From a virus (Duplodnaviria > Caudoviricetes): 28,745 nt of DNA. Shown here in pieces: positions 23,273 to 28,745 of this stretch. Below the pieces are notes generated by a model. The model made no database searches. It had not been told where the DNA came from and was given only the letters and a program-made list of their open reading frames with translations. The DNA lies in IMG/VR virus record IMGVR_UViG_3300021560_000059, positions 1 to 28,745 of that record; one strand, 5' to 3'. Both the position numbers and the translations under genes were made by a program. Each line of letters begins with the position of its first letter. Positions within the stretch are counted from its first letter, which is position 1.

Positions 23273-26200
23273 ATGCCGCAATTACTTGATCCAACTCAGA
23301 CGCTGACTGCCACGCAGGGGTATACCCCACAGCAGCCATTGCAGACTGACGTTGCCCAGCCTCAAGTAGTTAATCCCGATGCTCCACAAGTTCCGCAATT
23401 CGATTCGAGCGGTAATCCGACAGATTTTCACGCCTCTGCGCTCAATCTCGTTCAGACCTTTGACAACTTCGTCAATACCGGAGGCGACCTCTCCAAGCTC
23501 AATAAACAGGATTTCGACAACGTCCTTTATTCGGTCCAGAACCTGCCAGATTTCGCGAACAAGACCGATAGTCCTTCCGCAATGTACGCCCTGTTTCAGC
23601 AGGGTAAAAAGCAGAACCTGATTATTCAGGCGGCAGAACGCGGAGCGGGCCAGACAGCTCTGAGCGCTGTCAGCAAGGCGGGCGATCTTTGGACTGCCGG
23701 AACGGAAGCTGCCGGCAAGACCTTGGATGATATCGGCGATTATCTTACGGCAACCCTCCCGGCGTTCAGGATTATTCCGGAAGGAATGGATCTTTGGAAC
23801 ACGATTACCAAAGGTGACACTTCCGGCAGCAACATTGCAAACATGAATGCGCGCGCAGACGCTGCGCTTGTTCGTGCTTTACGTGGCAACTGGGACACTT
23901 ACACCAAAGATCTGCCGCAAGGGGTGAAAGATGTCAGCGGACTTTACGCCCTAGCTTCGCAAGCGGCGCATACGTCTGACCCTGACGCGGCGGCTCGCCT
24001 TGATTTTCAGCAATCCGAGATTCTTCGCGGTGCGGCACAACGCGCTCAACAGAGCGCTAAGAATCTTACCGACGCGCAGACCGCTGCCGGTAATGTGCTT
24101 AAGAGCATCGGCCTGGTGGATGCCGGAAATCGTTTAGCTACAGCGACGCCAAGTGAAGGCCTGGTTTCCACAGCGCAGATGCTGACGGATCCGGCAAACT
24201 ACGTCATGGGCTTAGCCGAGCCGGCCCTCAAGGCTGGTGCAAACGCGGTCGTTGGCCAATTCATTAAAGCGGGCATACGCGGTGAACGTCTAGCGGACGC
24301 AACCGCAGCACTCGCGGCAGCAGATAACAGGATGGCAAGCATTGCCTCGGCTCGTGCGTCAATGAGCTCGATACTCGTCGGCGACATCAAAGGCACTGGT
24401 CCGACATTGACCGATGAGGCGCGGGCCGGGATGCAGTCTAACCTAGCACGCCTGAAGACGGTCGAAGGCTATGCCAAACGCGACTACGCCGCGGTACAGG
24501 ACGAATACGGTGCCGCGGTTGCAGATTACAATCAGCAACTGGACCGCGCGAACCAGAACCCGTTCCGGCAAATGGCTGGCAACGCCTTGCAGAATCTTGG
24601 CGATCTTGCCCAGGTGCCGAGCCAGGTAGGGAATTTATTAGAAGCGATTCCGCAAAAGATCGCTGCAACCGTTGTGCCTGGTGCCGATGAAGCGACCAAA
24701 GACGCCGTTGCCCAAGTGGTGAAACGTTGGGGGGAAGGCTCGGTGGAATTGGCGATCCGAGCTGGAGGTATGGCTCACGGATTAGGAGTCGGCGCCTTGG
24801 TTGGCGGTCCTGTCGGTGCCGTAGTGGGAGGCATAGCAGGTCCGTTCGCACCCGAAGCTATCAAGGCAATTGGCGGTACAATCGGAAAATTCGCCAATCT
24901 GGATACGCTGACCCAGGCCGGCAAAACGTTAGGCATCATTGGCCAGCAATACGCGCTCGGCCAACAAACGCTTCCGTTCTGGCGCGACATGGCCAACAAA
25001 CTCGACGGAGTCTCTTCGTGGATCGCTTCCAAGATGGACAACCAGCTTGTTTATGCCATGCCTTCGATGGCGACTGGAGGCCTCATTGGCGCAGGCATAG
25101 GTGGCGGGATGGGACTTGCGCAAGGAGTCGGCGATCCGCGCGCGTTTCAGCAAGGCTTGGCTATGGGCGGCATGATCGGCGCAGCCGGCGGCGGTCTCGG
25201 ACAATTGATGCGGTTTAATTCTCCCGCTGAATTGCGGCAAGCTGCGATCGGTGACCGAGCTCGGTTCATCGGTTCGATGTCTCCACCGAATAAGGCGCAG
25301 TTTCTCAAGCTCCATCCGGACGTTCAGCTAGCGATGTCGGTCTACGGCATGGCGCATCCGGACGCTGAGTTTCGTTTCTTCTCGGATCCGACCAAGGTCA
25401 ACGGTCAATGGATCGCGAATAATCCCAAGAGCATCATCAACGTTAACGTCCTTTCTGACAATCCGCTCCAAGCTGTTGCCGCGCACGAAGTAGGTCATCA
25501 CCTGGCAGCGCACGGATTGCAGGACCAAGCTGTCGGCGACATCATCGGCAACCCGCTTAAAGGTCAGCCAGGCATTATGACTGCGCTCGACCAAAACGGG
25601 CATCCGCTCACTGAACTGCAACCTGATGGGAGCAGGACGTATGTCAACAACGATATCTTTGAGCGTTACAAGAGCGATTACAACGCGCGGCTTCAACGTG
25701 ATAATCCTAGTGCGCCGCCGGCCACCGATCGCGACGTTGCCTTAGAAATGTTCGCGGACCTGCACGCACAACAGATGGCGAACCCTACGGATCTACAGAA
25801 AGTTATTCGCGGTTATGTCCCAAGTGATCTTGTTGGGAACAACGTCACCAATAACTGGCTGACTAAAATGGGCATGGGCGCCGATGCGACAACTGGCAAC
25901 CCAATTCCCACCAGCACGCTTGAGCAGGCGCGCTCATTGCAGGACGCGGTACGGAACTATTACACAAAGCAGACCTCTGCGCGTGGCGACGTGAATGCAC
26001 CGCACCGGGCGGACACTCCGATACCCACTGATGTCGTCAAAGGCACGCCTGGTTTTGACATGGTCCAGACCCAGTTGGATGCAACCGGCGATTATCACCG
26101 TAACCCGGACGGAACAATTGCCGTTGGGATGGACGGGCGCCCCGTGCTCAAGACCGCAGCGCAAGCGGACGCTGATGCCGCCAAACTGGGTAAAGCCGTA

Positions 26201-27370
26201 AGCGACATCTTCGCAGCGCAACCACACTTACTAGGCGCTGAGGGTGACAATTACGTGAAGTGGATAACTACATCGGATGGGCGCCGATTACTTCAAGGCC
26301 AACGTGTGCGGGAAGAAATGTTTAACCAACTCGAAGCAACGAACCAATTCAACGCGAACCAAATGTTGAACTGGAGAAAAGCCGACGGTGCCATGCAACT
26401 CAACAATGGCTCCATGATGCGCGCCGTCTACAACACGCCGCAGAAAGGCGGCAAGTATCGCAGCCTTGCGGCGCGTGAACGTTCTTTTGTTCCGATCTGG
26501 ACCGAGATTCCGCAAACTGACCAAGTCATCATCAAGGGATACGATCCGGAGCAACTGACAACGAACATCACCAAGGCGATGCGGAGTCCGCAAGGTAAGT
26601 CCTTGTACAATAGTCAAGTTGGACCTGCATTAGAGGACGCGCATACTTACCTAGCGAACCTCGCAGCGGATAGACCGGGCGGTACCGGGCTCGGCGATGC
26701 GAAAAAGTCTTTCCTCAATGCGATGTTTGGCTTTCCGGCAGCGGCAAACCCTGACGCCGCAACGCTCTCGAAGCGTTCGCCCGATGTTATAAAAAGTTTT
26801 CGTCTTGATCGTTTGAATCGGATTCGTGAGATGCCTGGGCAGGCCGAGGCATTCCATGAAAAGACTTATGGGCAATTGACGTCGTACTTCCAGCCGCGGG
26901 CTGAACCTGTTGCCGCCGCACCTCAGGAAGTTGGCGAAACTGCCGTAACTTCTGGAATGGGCGAAAAACCAGAACCTGTCACGCCAGCAAAGCTCACGCG
27001 TGAGGTGACAAGCGATGAAGGATTTGCTTACCATGCAACTAACATGCAACGTCTCTACGAGATTGCCGACTCAGGAAAGCTCAAGACTCACCGGGCGCAT
27101 GAGTTTACCGACCAAGATACTTGGCCCGATGGCAGCACAGAGAAGAGAGCGTATTTCAGCCATAATGCGGGAACTGTCTGGGCCTTTGCTCCCGAAGACG
27201 GAACTCCCGTTTTGGTCCGGACGCCAAACACCGGACTGAAAGTCGAACGTACGACTAAAGATATTTACAGTCAGAAACCCATTTCCGCTAAGCGCCTGGA
27301 GTATCTTGGCCAAGACGGGAACTGGCACCCGGTAGATAATCTAGTCACTCCGAAATCCGAAGATGATTGA
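23273..27370 (+). CDS. Large polyvalent internal virion protein (Gly-zipper TM segments, HExxH zincin-like domain, C-terminal ART-like domain)
   Basis: 1365 aa; GVGALVGGPVGAVVGGIAG and GGLIGAGIGGG; AHEVGHH plus downstream LEMFAD; FAYHATN..IADSGKLK..AYFS. Confidence 0.72.
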   Translation: MPQLLDPTQTLTATQGYTPQQPLQTDVAQPQVVNPDAPQVPQFDSSGNPTDFHASALNLVQTFDNFVNTGGDLSKLNKQDFDNVLYSVQNLPDFANKTDSPSAMYALFQQGKKQNLIIQAAERGAGQTALSAVSKAGDLWTAGTEAAGKTLDDIGDYLTATLPAFRIIPEGMDLWNTITKGDTSGSNIANMNARADAALVRALRGNWDTYTKDLPQGVKDVSGLYALASQAAHTSDPDAAARLDFQQSEILRGAAQRAQQSAKNLTDAQTAAGNVLKSIGLVDAGNRLATATPSEGLVSTAQMLTDPANYVMGLAEPALKAGANAVVGQFIKAGIRGERLADATAALAAADNRMASIASARASMSSILVGDIKGTGPTLTDEARAGMQSNLARLKTVEGYAKRDYAAVQDEYGAAVADYNQQLDRANQNPFRQMAGNALQNLGDLAQVPSQVGNLLEAIPQKIAATVVPGADEATKDAVAQVVKRWGEGSVELAIRAGGMAHGLGVGALVGGPVGAVVGGIAGPFAPEAIKAIGGTIGKFANLDTLTQAGKTLGIIGQQYALGQQTLPFWRDMANKLDGVSSWIASKMDNQLVYAMPSMATGGLIGAGIGGGMGLAQGVGDPRAFQQGLAMGGMIGAAGGGLGQLMRFNSPAELRQAAIGDRARFIGSMSPPNKAQFLKLHPDVQLAMSVYGMAHPDAEFRFFSDPTKVNGQWIANNPKSIINVNVLSDNPLQAVAAHEVGHHLAAHGLQDQAVGDIIGNPLKGQPGIMTALDQNGHPLTELQPDGSRTYVNNDIFERYKSDYNARLQRDNPSAPPATDRDVALEMFADLHAQQMANPTDLQKVIRGYVPSDLVGNNVTNNWLTKMGMGADATTGNPIPTSTLEQARSLQDAVRNYYTKQTSARGDVNAPHRADTPIPTDVVKGTPGFDMVQTQLDATGDYHRNPDGTIAVGMDGRPVLKTAAQADADAAKLGKAVSDIFAAQPHLLGAEGDNYVKWITTSDGRRLLQGQRVREEMFNQLEATNQFNANQMLNWRKADGAMQLNNGSMMRAVYNTPQKGGKYRSLAARERSFVPIWTEIPQTDQVIIKGYDPEQLTTNITKAMRSPQGKSLYNSQVGPALEDAHTYLANLAADRPGGTGLGDAKKSFLNAMFGFPAAANPDAATLSKRSPDVIKSFRLDRLNRIREMPGQAEAFHEKTYGQLTSYFQPRAEPVAAAPQEVGETAVTSGMGEKPEPVTPAKLTREVTSDEGFAYHATNMQRLYEIADSGKLKTHRAHEFTDQDTWPDGSTEKRAYFSHNAGTVWAFAPEDGTPVLVRTPNTGLKVERTTKDIYSQKPISAKRLEYLGQDGNWHPVDNLVTPKSEDD

Positions 27371-27995
27371 TCCCACTCAAAAACAGGGTGATGCAACGCG
27401 CTTCGGTGGGGTAGGGGATGTCATCAGTTTTTGGGATGCGGTTCGCCAAGGCCAGACCAAAAGACAAGCGCTCAAGGTTGGCGACCCTGGCGTTGGTGCG
27501 CCTAGCCTTGGCACCGTTTCAAGCACCAATTCCTACGGCATCGCCGTGCCAACGCAGTATTTGCAACAGAATTTCGGATCCGACCCAGCCAACTGGCGCA
27601 CTGCGCGCGGAACTTTAACTGTTGGCGATCAGACTGTTACGGTGCCTTTTATCGATATCGGGCCGAGCAAGGCACAGCAAAAGAGTGGCGTGGTGGTCGA
27701 TGTCTCCCAGCCGTTAAGCGACGCGCTCGGCGGATTTGATCGGACCCAAGCAAGCGTTAAATTGCTGCCGAAAGCTGGTCCGGATCCCATCGAGGATTCA
27801 GACGCCTGGTACAAGGAACAGCAGCAGATTGCGCAACGGTTGAACGTTCCAGGTGTCGGCGCCGAGCCTAGCCCTACGCCATTGGGTTCCACCGAGCCGT
27901 CGATGACTCAGAAGATTTTGAATATCGCAAACTTACAAAGCGCGAACGTGTCGCCAGAAGACGTCCGCAAAGCGCTGCAGGCCTTATCATCATGA
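27363..27995 (+). CDS. RlpA-like DPBB protein, putative lytic transglycosylase
   Basis: ATRFGG..GIAVP..VTVPFIDIGP..VVDVSQPLSDALG. Confidence 0.62.
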   Translation: MIDPTQKQGDATRFGGVGDVISFWDAVRQGQTKRQALKVGDPGVGAPSLGTVSSTNSYGIAVPTQYLQQNFGSDPANWRTARGTLTVGDQTVTVPFIDIGPSKAQQKSGVVVDVSQPLSDALGGFDRTQASVKLLPKAGPDPIEDSDAWYKEQQQIAQRLNVPGVGAEPSPTPLGSTEPSMTQKILNIANLQSANVSPEDVRKALQALSS

Positions 27996-28441
27996 GCACT
28001 ACTTTCCCGCCCTTGCCGGTTTACGGACAGCAACAGACATCTTCCACAACGACGTCGGCGCAGTGCGCGTGCACAAAGACAGTAGCGCTCACGGTCGAAC
28101 AAGGTGCCACGCGTTCCACGCAACTCACTCTGACTGTTACCGATCCGACAACCGGCATTACGAGCCCAGTGGATGTCACAGGCTCCGAATTCCAGTTTAC
28201 CGCGAAGACGGACCCAACTATTCCGGACGACGATCCTTCAACGATTAAGATTGATTGGTACGAAACAACTACGCCAACAACCGGGCAGACGTGGCTCATC
28301 GTTCCTGCCGCGACCACCCAGACCATGCAGGCAGTTGCCTACGTTTTTCAGGTTCGCATGGTTTCGAGTGGCGGCATTGTCACGCCGTTGGTTTCTGGTA
28401 CTCTCACGGTGACAGTTCCAATCTCATCGAGGTTTGCCTAA
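27992..28441 (+). CDS. BppU-N-like Ig-fold virion protein
   Basis: VEQGAT..PVDVTG..FTAK..G..LIVPAATT..YVFQV..LVSGTLTV; ATGA coupling. Confidence 0.62.
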   Translation: MSTTFPPLPVYGQQQTSSTTTSAQCACTKTVALTVEQGATRSTQLTLTVTDPTTGITSPVDVTGSEFQFTAKTDPTIPDDDPSTIKIDWYETTTPTTGQTWLIVPAATTQTMQAVAYVFQVRMVSSGGIVTPLVSGTLTVTVPISSRFA

Positions 28442-28442
28442 T

Positions 28443-28619
28443 ATGAGTGACCCCAAGACGCCGATCGCGACCCAGCAATCTCCCCCTGCTCCCGAACCGC
28501 GTGGAGGCGGTTATACCGGGCGCCGCGTCGTTTACACGCCTTGGTGGTATCGTTATCAAGTAAGAGACGGCAAACGTCCGAGGCCGCCGTCTCCGCCGGC
28601 CATCGTCACGTTGCCTTAG
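28443..28619 (+). CDS. Small Pro/Arg-rich hypothetical protein
   Basis: ATG 1 nt after the previous stop; MSDPKTP..YTPWWYRY.. Confidence 0.5.
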   Translation: MSDPKTPIATQQSPPAPEPRGGGYTGRRVVYTPWWYRYQVRDGKRPRPPSPPAIVTLP

Positions 28620-28745
28620 TTTGTAAAAATTCTGTTTAAGAATCTGGACAGGTAGCCGATATTGGGTGTAACCCGGATCAAAGGCAATAACGCCGCATAA
28701 TATCCGGTATTACAACCAATGAAAAAACAATCTATTCCAGCTGAG

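Noticed and set aside
23264-23281. In-frame TAA-ATG junction between the two largest ejection genes (also TAA-GCT-ATG at 19257-19265)
   Set aside because: TAA is an efficient stop and abutting genes are normal for translational coupling. All three stop codons end genes here, so there is no sign of genetic-code reassignment.

Overview
This window is the virion-morphogenesis arm of a tailed dsDNA phage with podovirus-type organisation. The main operon is on the + strand: terminase large subunit (5'-truncated), portal, a ~3.6 kb accessory insert, scaffold, major capsid protein, a free-standing HNH endonuclease, head-tail adaptor, two tiny Lys-rich peptides missed by the ORF track, GH108-like endolysin, tail nozzle and tail fibre. 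The accessory insert holds a beta-helix/SH3 protein, an antisense cassette of about six micro-ORFs, an IPT/Ig protein and a small membrane protein. A long ejection (internal virion) block follows. It has a degenerate SET-domain gene and a non-canonical PAPS-reductase-like PP-loop gene wedged between ejection genes, two RlpA-like DPBB domains, and a 1365-aa polyvalent protein with an HExxH motif and a C-terminal ADP-ribosyltransferase-like domain. No tape measure, tail sheath, integrase, tRNA, rRNA or CRISPR was recognised. The best candidate for an undescribed system is a virion-protein modification module (GNAT-like + SET-like + PP-loop) with histone-tail-like SPKK/RKS peptides or the ejection proteins as possible substrates. 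Other oddities are a steep G>C skew at the left end and an in-frame portal-TGA-depolymerase junction. All family calls are by-eye motif recognition, not database searches.
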